DNA from: Alkalilimnicola ehrlichii MLHE-1
GTDB lineage: Bacteria > Pseudomonadota > Gammaproteobacteria > Nitrococcales > Halorhodospiraceae
Length of the DNA: 32,000 nucleotides
NCBI RefSeq assembly: GCF_000014785.1
Contig: NC_008340.1
Location: 2,670,001-2,702,000, forward strand
Direction: 5' to 3'
The translations under genes were made by a program, and so were the position numbers. The notes under the pieces are model-generated. The model was not told the origin of the DNA. It ran no database searches and was given only the letters and a program-made list of their open reading frames with translations. Positions 15,738 to 24,766 of the stretch are shown here, in pieces (the stretch's first letter is position 1; the number at the start of each line of letters is the position of its first letter).

Positions 15738-17049
15738 GACCGGATTCACCGCCTACCGGGAACTGGAGCGACGCCTGCAGCGGTGTCACGGGGCGCATTA
15801 TGCGCACTACCCCCACGCCATGATGACCCTAGACCGGGAGTTGCGGAACGTGCTGGTCCAACGCCCCTGGCTGGCCGAGCGCAACCTGGCCCGCTATGCC
15901 CGGCAAGCCCTGGTCCGGGCACTCTATGGCCGGGTGCAGGACCACGCCCTGGCCCGGCACCCGCCCGGACAGGGGCGCCCCACCTGGCTGGTGGAGTTGC
16001 GCAAGTTCCCCGCCCTGCGCCGCGCCCTCGACCGGTCGCGGGATGCCGGGGTGCACTGGGTGCCGATGGGCGAACGGCCACGCTCACCCTGGGCGCTGCT
16101 GCGACCCGAGGCGGTCAGCGTGGATGCCATGATCAGCGGCTATCCCATGAAGCGCTGCTTCGCCCGGCTGCGCCGCCGGGGCGTGACGCCGCTGCTGGAG
16201 GACCCGGCCTTCATGGCCCGGCTGGAGCACCTGGCCCGGGCGGGGCTGGAGAACGCCACCCGGCACCTGCGGGCCATGAACGTGACCGCCGTGATCACCA
16301 CCGGGGACGCCGGGCCCGCCCCGCGCCTGCTCTGTGCGGCGGCACGGCGGCTGGGCATCCCCTACCTGGTGGTCTGCCACGGCTACCTGCAGGACCCCAA
16401 CCTGGTCTCTGTCTGTCCGGTGCATGCGGATGCGCTGCTGGTCTGGTCTGCGGCACAGCAACGGCAGCTGCGGACGGTGTTGCCGCCGGATCAGGCGGAC
16501 CGGGTGCACTACTTCGGCAACCCCTGCGCGGACGGCCGCCGGGGCACCGGGACGGGTGATGCGGTACTGATCGCCCTGGAGCCGCAGGAGGCGATGGCCG
16601 CCGCCCCCCGGCAGGCGGAGCTGCTCTCCCGCCTGGTGACCCAACTGCAGGCAGCGGGCCGGCGGGTGGTGGTGCGCCCCCACCCCAAGAGCCGGGCGTG
16701 CGCGCAGACCCGGCGGCTGATCCAGGACTGGGGCTGCGAGGCCTCCCGGGGCACGCTGGAGCGGGACCTGGACGAAGCGGCTGCGGTGGTGGGCGCCAAC
16801 ACCAGTGTCTTGTTCGAGGCCGCCACCCGGGGGGTTCCCGCCTTCCAGGTGGCCGAACTGGCCCGGCTGACCATCGAGGGCGCCCGGCGCCGGCCGCTGG
16901 CCGAACTGCCGGCGGCCGTGGCGCAGCCGGCGGGCACGGGACCGGACACCGCGCCGCCGCCCGGGGCGGCCGCCTGCGCCCGGGGTCTGATCGAGCTGAT
17001 CCGACACCACGGGGCCCGCGCCCCCGGGGAGCGGGCGGCCCATGGCTGA
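15730..17049 (+). CDS. Putative GT-B/surface-polysaccharide glycosyltransferase-like protein
   Basis: IPYLVVCHGYLQDPNLVSVCPVHADALLVWSAAQ; VVVRPHPKS; AAAVVGANTSVLFEAATRGVPAFQV pattern. Start (MPETGFTAYRELE) placed 8 nt inside the spsF-like 3' end. Confidence 0.55.
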   Translation: MPETGFTAYRELERRLQRCHGAHYAHYPHAMMTLDRELRNVLVQRPWLAERNLARYARQALVRALYGRVQDHALARHPPGQGRPTWLVELRKFPALRRALDRSRDAGVHWVPMGERPRSPWALLRPEAVSVDAMISGYPMKRCFARLRRRGVTPLLEDPAFMARLEHLARAGLENATRHLRAMNVTAVITTGDAGPAPRLLCAAARRLGIPYLVVCHGYLQDPNLVSVCPVHADALLVWSAAQQRQLRTVLPPDQADRVHYFGNPCADGRRGTGTGDAVLIALEPQEAMAAAPRQAELLSRLVTQLQAAGRRVVVRPHPKSRACAQTRRLIQDWGCEASRGTLERDLDEAAAVVGANTSVLFEAATRGVPAFQVAELARLTIEGARRRPLAELPAAVAQPAGTGPDTAPPPGAAACARGLIELIRHHGARAPGERAAHG

Positions 17050-18079
17050 GCCCTGGCCGAACAGCGGGGGTTGGCTGATCCGGGCGGATGCCGCCCCGGC
17101 CATCGGCATCGGCCATGTCAACCGCGCCCTGGCCCTGGCCCGGGCGCTGGCCCCCCGGCCGGTTCTGATCGCCACCCGCCGCGATGGGGACTACCGCCTG
17201 GGCTACCAGTGGCTGGCGGAGTCAGGCCGGCCCCTGTGCCCACTGGACGGCGAGGCGGACTTCCTCGACCTGCTGCGACGTTGCCGGCCCGAGACCCTGT
17301 GCCTGGATATCCTCGACACCGGGCGCCGGGAGATGGGGGTCTACCGTACCCTGGCACGGCGGGTGGTGAGTTTCGAGGACCTGGGGCCCGGGGCGGCATT
17401 GGCCGATGTGGTGATCAACGACCTCTACGGCCCCGCGCCGGGGCAGGCCCACGTGCTCGCCGGGGTGGAACACGCCCTGCTGTCACCGGCCTTTGACGAC
17501 GCCTCGCCCGCCCCCGGGGCCACCCCGGAACGGGCGGAACGGTTGCTGCTGCTGTTCGGGGGCACCGACCCCGCCGGTCTGGTCCACCGCTGCCTGGACG
17601 CCCTGGGCCGGCTGGCGCTTCCGGTTCGGGTGGAGGTGGTGGTGGGGCCGGGCTGGCGCCGGCGGCGGATCCGGTTGGCGGACTGGGGCCTGTGTGGCCG
17701 TGTCCACCGGGACGTGCAGGACATGCCGGCGGTGATGCGAAACGCCGACCTGGCGCTCTCCAGCGCCGGGCGCACGGTCACCGAGCTGATGGTGATGCGG
17801 GTGCCCACCCTGGTGCTCTGCCAGAATGAGCGCGAGTTGCGCCATACCCACGCCAGCGCCCGCCACGGGGTCTGCAACCTGGGCCTGGGCCGGGCGGTGC
17901 CGGTGGACCGGCTGGCGCGGGAGATCGCGGCGCTGGTCGCGGACCGGGCGCGGCGCGAGCAGATGCGGGCCCTGGCGGACCGCGCCGTTCGCGGGCGCAG
18001 CAACCGTGCCATTGTGGCGCGAATCGACGGCCTGCTGCAGGGCCGGTCACGACGGCTGGACACGGGAGTGACGCCATGA
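17042..18079 (+). CDS. PseG/SpsG-like nucleotide-sugar hydrolase/glycosyltransferase
   Basis: LIRADAAPAIGIGHVNRALALARAL; VSFEDLGPGAALADVVINDLYG; LLLFGGTDPAGLVHRCL; ALSSAGRTVTELMVMRVPTLVLCQNEREL. Confidence 0.82.
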   Translation: MAEPWPNSGGWLIRADAAPAIGIGHVNRALALARALAPRPVLIATRRDGDYRLGYQWLAESGRPLCPLDGEADFLDLLRRCRPETLCLDILDTGRREMGVYRTLARRVVSFEDLGPGAALADVVINDLYGPAPGQAHVLAGVEHALLSPAFDDASPAPGATPERAERLLLLFGGTDPAGLVHRCLDALGRLALPVRVEVVVGPGWRRRRIRLADWGLCGRVHRDVQDMPAVMRNADLALSSAGRTVTELMVMRVPTLVLCQNERELRHTHASARHGVCNLGLGRAVPVDRLAREIAALVADRARREQMRALADRAVRGRSNRAIVARIDGLLQGRSRRLDTGVTP

Positions 18080-19122
18080 CGGAGCTGCATATCGACGGCC
18101 GGGCCATCGGCCCGAACCACCCTCCTTACGTCATCGCCGAGGCAGGCGTTCATCACTACGACAGCCTGGAGCTGGCCCGGGCCTATGTGCTGGAGGCCCG
18201 CAAGGCGGGCGCCGACGCGATCAAGTTCCAGACCTATACGGCGGACGAGCTTGTGACCCGGTGGGCCCCGCTCTACTGGACCGACGCACGATTCGAGACC
18301 CAGCACCAGGTCTTCAGCACCAAGCGCGGCTTGAGCCCGACGGAGTACCGGTCGCTGTTCGACTACGCCCGCGAGCTGGGCATCACGCCATTGTCCACGC
18401 CCTTCGACCCCGCCTCGGTGGACCTGCTGGACGGCCTGGGGATGGCCGCCTTCAAGGTGGCCTCGGCGGACATCACCCACCGGCCGCTGCTCCAGGATAT
18501 CGCCGGCAAGGGCAAGCCGGTGCTGTTGTCCACCGGTGCGGCGTCGATGGCGGAGGTGCGTTCGGCGCTGGAGGTGCTGGAGTCCGAAGGGGTTCCGGTG
18601 GCCCTGCTGCACTGCTCGCTGGCCTACCCCACCCCGGTGGACCAGGCGAACCTGTCGCGGCTGGGGCTGCTCGCCGAACAGTTCCCCGGGCGGGTGCTGG
18701 GCTATTCCGACCACACGCCGCCCCGGGATTCGGCACTGCCCTGCCCGGCCAGCGTCCTGCTGGGCGCCCGGGTGATCGAAAAGCACTTCTCGCTGAACCG
18801 GCACCTGGCCGGGGACGATCACTACCACAGCGTGGACCCGGACGGTCTGGCGCGGCTGGTGCGCGACTGCCGGGATGCCTGGGCGATGAGCCGGCCAGCG
18901 GCAGAGATCACCGCCGCCGAGGAGAGCGCCCGCACCCAGGCCCGCCGCAGCGTGGTGGCCGCCACCGATCTGCCCGCGGGCACCACGCTCGCAGCCGGGC
19001 ACCTGGCCTACAAGCGGCCCGGCACGGGGGTGCCCCCGACGCAGGCGGAGGACCTGATCGGGCGACGGCTGGCCGTGGACCTGGCCCACGATGAGCTGAT
19101 CACGCCGGACAAGCTGGCCTGA
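18076..19122 (+). CDS. NeuB/PseI/SpsE-like nonulosonate (N-acetylneuraminate-type) synthase with SAF domain
   Basis: YVIAEAGVHHYDSLELARAYVLEARKAGADAIKFQTY; STPFDPASVDLLDGLGMAAFKVASADI; LLSTGAASMAEV; LLHCSLAYPTP; GYSDHT; IEKHFSLNR; C-terminal SAF-like region. ATGA overlap with the PseG-like gene. Confidence 0.93.
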   Translation: MTELHIDGRAIGPNHPPYVIAEAGVHHYDSLELARAYVLEARKAGADAIKFQTYTADELVTRWAPLYWTDARFETQHQVFSTKRGLSPTEYRSLFDYARELGITPLSTPFDPASVDLLDGLGMAAFKVASADITHRPLLQDIAGKGKPVLLSTGAASMAEVRSALEVLESEGVPVALLHCSLAYPTPVDQANLSRLGLLAEQFPGRVLGYSDHTPPRDSALPCPASVLLGARVIEKHFSLNRHLAGDDHYHSVDPDGLARLVRDCRDAWAMSRPAAEITAAEESARTQARRSVVAATDLPAGTTLAAGHLAYKRPGTGVPPTQAEDLIGRRLAVDLAHDELITPDKLA

Positions 19123-19131
19123 CGAGCGCGC

Positions 19132-20253
19132 TCACCCGGCCAGTGCCTCTCGCAGGCGCGCCAGCGGCACCTGGATGTCGGCAGTCAGGCCGCCCCCGGC
19201 ACCCGTTGCCGGACAGAGGATGGCGCGGTAGTCCAGGCCGGACTGGGCGGCCAGGTCACGGAAGCAGGGGTTGCGGTGGCCCTCGGGGACCAGTTCCACC
19301 ACCCGGGTACCCGGGCGGCACCAGACGAGGTTGGTGAGCGCCGCACCGTGGGGCGCCACGATGACCTCGGCGTCGGCGAACAAGGCCTGCTGGCGGGGCA
19401 CGCTCAGGCCGCTGCACTGGTGACTCTCGAAACCCGACTCATCCACCAGCAGCCGCTCCACCGCCGCCTCGTTGGCCGCCTGCCGGCGAGGGGCATCGCG
19501 CCGCGACAGGTAGATGCGACGGCCCGGGGTGGTGACGGCCGGCGGCCGCCACCCGGTCAGCTCCCGCAGCGCCCTCGCCAGCCAGACCGGCGACACCCAA
19601 CTCCCCCTGCTCCGCACCGGTACAAGCGCCTGCTCCGCGGTCAGCGCGGGGTGGTCGGCAAAGGCCACCACCCGCTCCTGGTCAATGCCGCACAGGGCCA
19701 GGGACTGTTGTTGCCAGGGGTAGCCGCCATAGGCCATCAGGAAGCTGTCGACCCGGCCCAGGTCCACGCCGGACTCGCGCAGAAACCAGAGGTCGGCGAG
19801 GGTGTCCGCCCACCAGTGGTAGTAGTTGTTGCAGCCGGGATCGTGGTTGCCGAGGACGGCGACGGTGCCCAGCCGGACAGCCGGGCGGGCGGCGCGGCCC
19901 AGCCGGGCACTGTAGCGCCAACCGCCGCGCAGCAGATGGCGCAGGGCCGGGGCAGACTTCGGATAGCGCACGGGCCGCCCGCCGCTGGTGAGGATGACGG
20001 CGCGGCGCCGCAGCGGGTCATGCGCCAGTTGCGGGGCCGGACTCGGCAGCAGGATCAACGGCCGGCGCACCCGCCCCACCCCAACCGGCGCGATGGGGGG
20101 CGTCTGCCGCCAGTTTACGGCCTGGTCCACGGCCCCGTCGCCGGCCTGCTCGATGGCGTGCAACGGCACCGGGCTGGGCTGCCAGGCGCAGGCCGGGTGG
20201 CTATTGAAATCGGTGCCCAGGAGCCGATCCACGGCCCTGACCCAGGGCGACAT
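19132..20253 (-). CDS. Glycosyltransferase family 61-like (DUF563) protein
   Basis: NNYYHWWADTLADLWFLRESG; RIYLSRRDAPRRQAANEAAVERLL; DAEVIVAPHGAALTNLVWCRPGTRVVELVPEGHRN. Start set to MSPWVRAVD at 20253; the ORF extends to 20340. Confidence 0.82.
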   Translation of the reverse strand: MSPWVRAVDRLLGTDFNSHPACAWQPSPVPLHAIEQAGDGAVDQAVNWRQTPPIAPVGVGRVRRPLILLPSPAPQLAHDPLRRRAVILTSGGRPVRYPKSAPALRHLLRGGWRYSARLGRAARPAVRLGTVAVLGNHDPGCNNYYHWWADTLADLWFLRESGVDLGRVDSFLMAYGGYPWQQQSLALCGIDQERVVAFADHPALTAEQALVPVRSRGSWVSPVWLARALRELTGWRPPAVTTPGRRIYLSRRDAPRRQAANEAAVERLLVDESGFESHQCSGLSVPRQQALFADAEVIVAPHGAALTNLVWCRPGTRVVELVPEGHRNPCFRDLAAQSGLDYRAILCPATGAGGGLTADIQVPLARLREALAG

Positions 20254-20254
20254 C

Positions 20255-21061
20255 TCAGCCCTCCTCAGGGGCCCGGAAGGGCAGGCCGGCGAACTGCTCG
20301 ATATCACTGAGCATGGCCCGGTGGCGCTTCTCAGCGACACCGCTGTAATCCTTGAGAATGGGAACGGTCGTACCGTCCCGCAGGACGAGCAGCGGCCGGA
20401 CCTGGCGTTGCCGCCCCTGCTTGCGATAGCGCACCTGCAGGGTGGTGTGATCGATTCGGGCCAGTGGCCAGTCCTGCTGACGCCGGCCCCAGATCCAGCG
20501 TCGCCCGAGGCTCAGCCGGTCCCGTACGCGATCGACCGCCAAACGGCGCTGTGGGGCGCCCCAGAGCAGGCCATACAAGGCGAAACCGCCAAGCAGCCCG
20601 GCCACGGCCAGAACATAGCGGTGATCCTGATAGCGCACGGTGAACGCGCCCCGGGGCGTGTCCAGGTGGGCGTTAATCGCCCGCTGGATCTGTTGCAATT
20701 CGCTGCGCCGGTTGAGCGCGCCGTGGTGCAGGGTCAGCGGGATGGGTTCCCCACTGTGCGGCTGCAGTTCCACCCGAACGCCCGGCGGCGCGGGCAATGC
20801 CCGCTCGCGGCGGGCTCGGCTCTCGCGCAGCACCGCCCCGGACAGGCTGTCGGCCCGTAGCGGGTGGCGGGAGAGCGGCGCCCCGATCGGGCTCTCCCTT
20901 ATCAGCATGCCCTCGTCGTCGACGAAGGACAGAATGCCGCCCGAGGGTACCGCCACCAGCAACGAAACGGCCCCGAGCAGCAGCAGACCGAAGAATATCA
21001 ACTTGCCGGTGAAGCCATTGTGGTACTCCAGCCGGCCACCCATTTCCCTTCTCTTCCGCAT
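20255..21061 (-). CDS. Predicted membrane protein of unknown function (two hydrophobic segments)
   Basis: GFTGKLIFFGLLLLGAVSLLVAVPSGG and YVLAVAGLLGGFALYGLLWG segments. ATG at 21061 preceded by AGGGGAG; 1 nt gap to the downstream GT61 gene start. Confidence 0.6.
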   Translation of the reverse strand: MRKRREMGGRLEYHNGFTGKLIFFGLLLLGAVSLLVAVPSGGILSFVDDEGMLIRESPIGAPLSRHPLRADSLSGAVLRESRARRERALPAPPGVRVELQPHSGEPIPLTLHHGALNRRSELQQIQRAINAHLDTPRGAFTVRYQDHRYVLAVAGLLGGFALYGLLWGAPQRRLAVDRVRDRLSLGRRWIWGRRQQDWPLARIDHTTLQVRYRKQGRQRQVRPLLVLRDGTTVPILKDYSGVAEKRHRAMLSDIEQFAGLPFRAPEEG

Positions 21062-21085
21062 AGGCACTCCCCTGCCACTAAACGA

Positions 21086-21140
21086 ACGCACCCCGCCGCG
21101 ACGGGCCACACGCGGTGACCCGGATCACGGCGGGGTGCGT
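21086..21140 (-). terminator. Long inverted repeat, possible transcription terminator of 21163..23766
   Basis: Perfect 13-nt arms acgcaccccgccg (21086-21098) and cggcggggtgcgt (21128-21140) with a 29-nt loop, in the intergenic gap just past the lipoprotein stop. No strong U-tract. Confidence 0.45.
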
Positions 21141-21162
21141 GATCGTAGTACAGCTTGGGCGA

Positions 21163-23766
21163 TCAGTTGCCGTCGTCAAGCACCCGGCAACGGATGTCGT
21201 AACGCCAGGCGGTACCGGACTGCGGGCCGATGACCGTGATCTTGAAGCTGTCCACGGCCCCCTTCATGAAGATGGCGTCGGCCTGGCCCCGACCCGGCCC
21301 GGCGATGCCCCCGGGATAGAGGGGATCACCCTCGTAGCGGGAGGCGCCCCGCCAGCCAGTGTCGTGCACCACGGCGCCGGCCGGGTACTCGACGATGTAC
21401 TTGTCCGGGATGGAGTAGGCGTCGAAACGCAGGTCGAAGACCGCCCCGGTGGGGATCTCGCTGATGTCCCAGTTGTCCACGGTGACGCCCTGGCCACCCT
21501 GGTCCGCGGCACGCCAGACGTTGCAGATGTCCAGCTCTTCGTCGCGCTCCTCCACCTCGCCGATGGTCACCACGGCACTGGAGTCCGCCAGTTGGCCATC
21601 CTCGCCGCTCAGCGTGGCCACAAGGCCGTAGGCCCCCTCCTGCCCGTAGGCGTGGGAGATGGTGGTGCTGGCGGTGTTATCCGCCCCCACGCTGACCTGG
21701 GTCGACCCGCTATTGCCGTCACCGAAGGCCCAGTCGAAGGTCACGGTGTCCACGTCGGGCGGGATGCGCACGGCATTCAGATTGAAGCTGTACTGCACCC
21801 CCACTTCGCCATCACTGAGGCCCGGCGGGTCGATGCGCAGGATCACATCGCTGGAGACCTCCACATTGGCCGGATTCTCCGCCGCATAGGGGAAGCCCAG
21901 GGCACCAAACAGGCCGTCATAGACACGGACATTCATGGCGTAGACCCCTGCCTCTTCCGTGGCGGGCACCCAGGTTTCAGTGGCATTGCCGTTGCCGTCG
22001 TTGCTGGCCTGGGCCACCACCTCGCGGGTCCACGGGGCATCGTTGGCCTGGTCGGTACGGAAGGCGACAAAGTCGGTATCCAGGCTGCCGATGCTTTGGC
22101 CGGCGCTCACCTGCAGGGAGAGGGGCTCTTCCACCTCGACCTTGGCCGGTGCCGCCTGAACCTGGGGATTGGGCGACTGCAGCAGCGAGCGATGGATATC
22201 CACCAGGTTCACGTTGGTGGAGACAAATCCGCTGATGTTTGCCGCCCCCGGCACCCCCATCCGATCAAGAATGCGCTCAAAGGCCTTGATGCTGTCCAGC
22301 AGGGGGCCGAAGCCGGCCTTGCCCTCAGCGAAGAACGACCACCGCGGGCCCCGATAGTCTTGCTCCTCCGAGTCGAAGGGGTACGTCATGCTCAGGTCTG
22401 AGCCGCCCCCGATCTCCAGGCCAACCAGGCCGGTGCTCGCCAGCTCCCAGCGCAACACCCGAACGTCCAGGTTCAGAGCGGCACCCATGTAGGGCCCCAC
22501 GCTGGCGGAAAACTCATTCTCGAGGCCGCCGCCAAGGTTGGCGAAATCGACACCATCGCCGAAGGTCTCGAACTCGTTGATACCCCGAAAGCCTTGGACG
22601 CCGGTATAGCCAATGCCCAACTCCATCGAAGCACCCTGGTCGAGTTCTATCCCGCTCAGGGAGAGCTCACCCGCCTGATAGCTGCCCGCCACCTTGAACC
22701 CTACTGAAGGCTCCAGGCTGGGGGTGAGCAATACCGGCCCAACCACCGGCACGGCGGCAAAGGGCACGGAACGAAGGCCCCGGCTGCAGTTCACGTCGGC
22801 GCTGCCGCCCCCGGAAAGCGTGACACCGCCCAGGCTGGCGTTAAGGTGGCCCTGCCCGTCCAGGTAGATGTCAAAGCGGTTCAGCGAGCGGTTGCTGATA
22901 TCCAGATCCACCCGCGGGACCAGCGCGTAATTGTGGTTGATGCTCAAACCGGTCACGCCGATATTCAGCACGCTGCCGCCGAGTTTGCACTCCAGGCCAC
23001 CCTGGATTTGTTGAACGGCCGCACCGCTGACCCGGTCTTCCGCGGCCGCGCCCGACACGCCGGCACCCTCCGGGCGCCCGTCGTCGTGCCCGTCTTCATC
23101 CAGCACCCCGCCATAGTTCAGGGGCGTGCCCTGAGCCTGGATGCTCAGATTCTCGAAGGCGTCGGTGAGCTCGGCCGGTTCGGTCTCAAGCACCACGCGA
23201 TTGCCGTGCACCGTGACCTCGGTGACCCGGTCCAGCAGACCGGCCCGGTCGCCACTGACCAGCACGTCACCGGGCGCCAGGCCCTCGGTCTGCTCATTGC
23301 GCTGCAGGACCACCCGGGCGGTCAGCTCGTCCTCGTCGGTGAGTCGGTCGTCCACCACCCACCCGGCATCGACGTAGAGCGCACCGGGGGCCAGGTCGGC
23401 GATAGCGGCCAGGGCCATCACCGGCTCCACGCCCTCGGCGGAGAGCTGGATATTGGCCGACCCGATGGTGTGCGTCAGTGCGGTGATCCGGCCGCTGGCG
23501 TCCACCCCGATCAGATCCGGGTTGGTGGATTCGTACTCGATGGTGGCGGTTCGATCGACGCGGCCGTTATCCAGTACGACGTAGGCCTCGATCTCCGCGC
23601 TGTCCCCGGCGCCGGAAAGGATGATGGATTGGTCGGAGACAATCTCGATGCGTTCCGGCTCGCCCCCCAGGCCCCCACCGAAATCCTCATCCTCGACACA
23701 CCCGGCCATTAATACTAGAACAAGTAAAATAATTAGCAGTTGGATGAATCTGCTTAATCGATACAC
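21163..23766 (-). CDS. Large secreted lipoprotein with Ig-like (Big_2-like) and PKD-like domains
   Basis: Lipobox LVLMAGC; IGVDASGRITALTHTIGSANIQLSAEG (bacterial Ig-like); TFDWAFGDGNSGSTQV...ISHAYGQEGAYGLVATLSG (PKD-like). Confidence 0.8.
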   Translation of the reverse strand: MYRLSRFIQLLIILLVLVLMAGCVEDEDFGGGLGGEPERIEIVSDQSIILSGAGDSAEIEAYVVLDNGRVDRTATIEYESTNPDLIGVDASGRITALTHTIGSANIQLSAEGVEPVMALAAIADLAPGALYVDAGWVVDDRLTDEDELTARVVLQRNEQTEGLAPGDVLVSGDRAGLLDRVTEVTVHGNRVVLETEPAELTDAFENLSIQAQGTPLNYGGVLDEDGHDDGRPEGAGVSGAAAEDRVSGAAVQQIQGGLECKLGGSVLNIGVTGLSINHNYALVPRVDLDISNRSLNRFDIYLDGQGHLNASLGGVTLSGGGSADVNCSRGLRSVPFAAVPVVGPVLLTPSLEPSVGFKVAGSYQAGELSLSGIELDQGASMELGIGYTGVQGFRGINEFETFGDGVDFANLGGGLENEFSASVGPYMGAALNLDVRVLRWELASTGLVGLEIGGGSDLSMTYPFDSEEQDYRGPRWSFFAEGKAGFGPLLDSIKAFERILDRMGVPGAANISGFVSTNVNLVDIHRSLLQSPNPQVQAAPAKVEVEEPLSLQVSAGQSIGSLDTDFVAFRTDQANDAPWTREVVAQASNDGNGNATETWVPATEEAGVYAMNVRVYDGLFGALGFPYAAENPANVEVSSDVILRIDPPGLSDGEVGVQYSFNLNAVRIPPDVDTVTFDWAFGDGNSGSTQVSVGADNTASTTISHAYGQEGAYGLVATLSGEDGQLADSSAVVTIGEVEERDEELDICNVWRAADQGGQGVTVDNWDISEIPTGAVFDLRFDAYSIPDKYIVEYPAGAVVHDTGWRGASRYEGDPLYPGGIAGPGRGQADAIFMKGAVDSFKITVIGPQSGTAWRYDIRCRVLDDGN

Positions 23767-24038
23767 AACGTCCTCCTTGAGCCCGGTCCCCCGGGCCTGT
23801 AACCATTATTCTTAAGGCTTCTTAAAGGTTTCCCTGATACCCGCCGAGCGGCGGACGGCCTGTTATACACCGCCTTGGGTTCCGCGGTAAATACCGAGAA
23901 AAGGCACCTGTAAAGGAAGCCGACATTCGCGAAGAAACGCCTATTGATCAAGAAGCATTAATTAAAAACACGCGAGAAAAATCTGTCTTTTCTCCATAGA
24001 GGCAAGGGCCGTCCCCTCCCGTGCTTGCGAGCCCCACG

Positions 24039-24560
24039 CCCCGCTACGCGGGCCCGACTCAACGAGGAACGGCGCTCCCCGTCATCGCGAGGGCCGAAGG
24101 CCACACCCCCGTCATCGCGAGGGCCGAAGGCCCGTGGCGATCCAAGCGGCGTATGGACTGCCGCGTCGCTGCGCTCCTCGCAGTGACGGGGGAGGCGCCC
24201 CCACCGTCATCGCGAGGGCCGAAGGCTTTCCCCGTCATCGCGAGGGCCGCGGGCCCGCGGCGATCCAAGCGGCGTATGGACTGCCGCGTCGCTGCGCTCC
24301 TCGCAGTGACGGGGGAGGCGCCCCACCGTCATCGCGAGGGCCGAAGGCTTTCCCCGTCATCGCGAGGGCCGCGGGCCCGCGGCGATCCAGGCGGCGGGTG
24401 GACTGCCGCGTCGCTGCGCTCCTCGCAGTGACGGGGGAGGTGCCCCCACCGTCATCGCGAGGGCCGAAGGTTTTCCCCGTCATCGCGAGGGCCGAAGGCC
24501 CGTGGCGATCCAGGGCGGTAGACTGCCGCGTCGGCTTCGCCTCCTCGCAGTGACGGTGGG
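24039..24560. repeat. Tandem composite array of palindromic CCGTCATCGCGAGG...CCTCGCAGTGACGG elements
   Basis: Full-length ~80-bp units at 24109-24189, 24232-24312, 24354-24434, 24477-24556. Short half-units (GTCATCGCGAGGGCCGAAGGYTTTCC-like) alternate with them, giving a 122-123 bp period. Confidence 0.9.
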
Positions 24561-24766
24561 GTGGTGCAATCACGGAATCGGGAGCCCGCAATGGCGGAGT
24601 GCGGGGCCTTGCAATGACGACGAGACGACTCCTGGCAATGACAGCTTATTCAATATTTCCTTAACAGATCTCCGCATTTAATGAGCTCACGGGCGTAACG
24701 CCCGGGGCACCAGCTATTGCGGCCCATGGCTCTTGATTTCTGCCCACCAGTGGTAGAGTAAGGCTC

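Noticed and set aside
23754-23951. 65-aa minus-strand ORF upstream of the large lipoprotein
   Set aside because: It overlaps the lipoprotein start out of frame and has no clear RBS or conserved features; more likely leader/promoter DNA.
24078-24560. Possible CRISPR array
   Set aside because: Units are palindromic ~80-bp elements with near-identical intervening DNA. There are no short direct repeats with unique spacers and no cas genes.
24021-24591. Repetitive ORFs (VIARAEGPWRSKRRMDCRVAALLAV...) in several frames, also at 30204..30809
   Set aside because: The protein-level repeats are only the translation of the intergenic DNA repeat arrays in all frames; no start/RBS or domain support.
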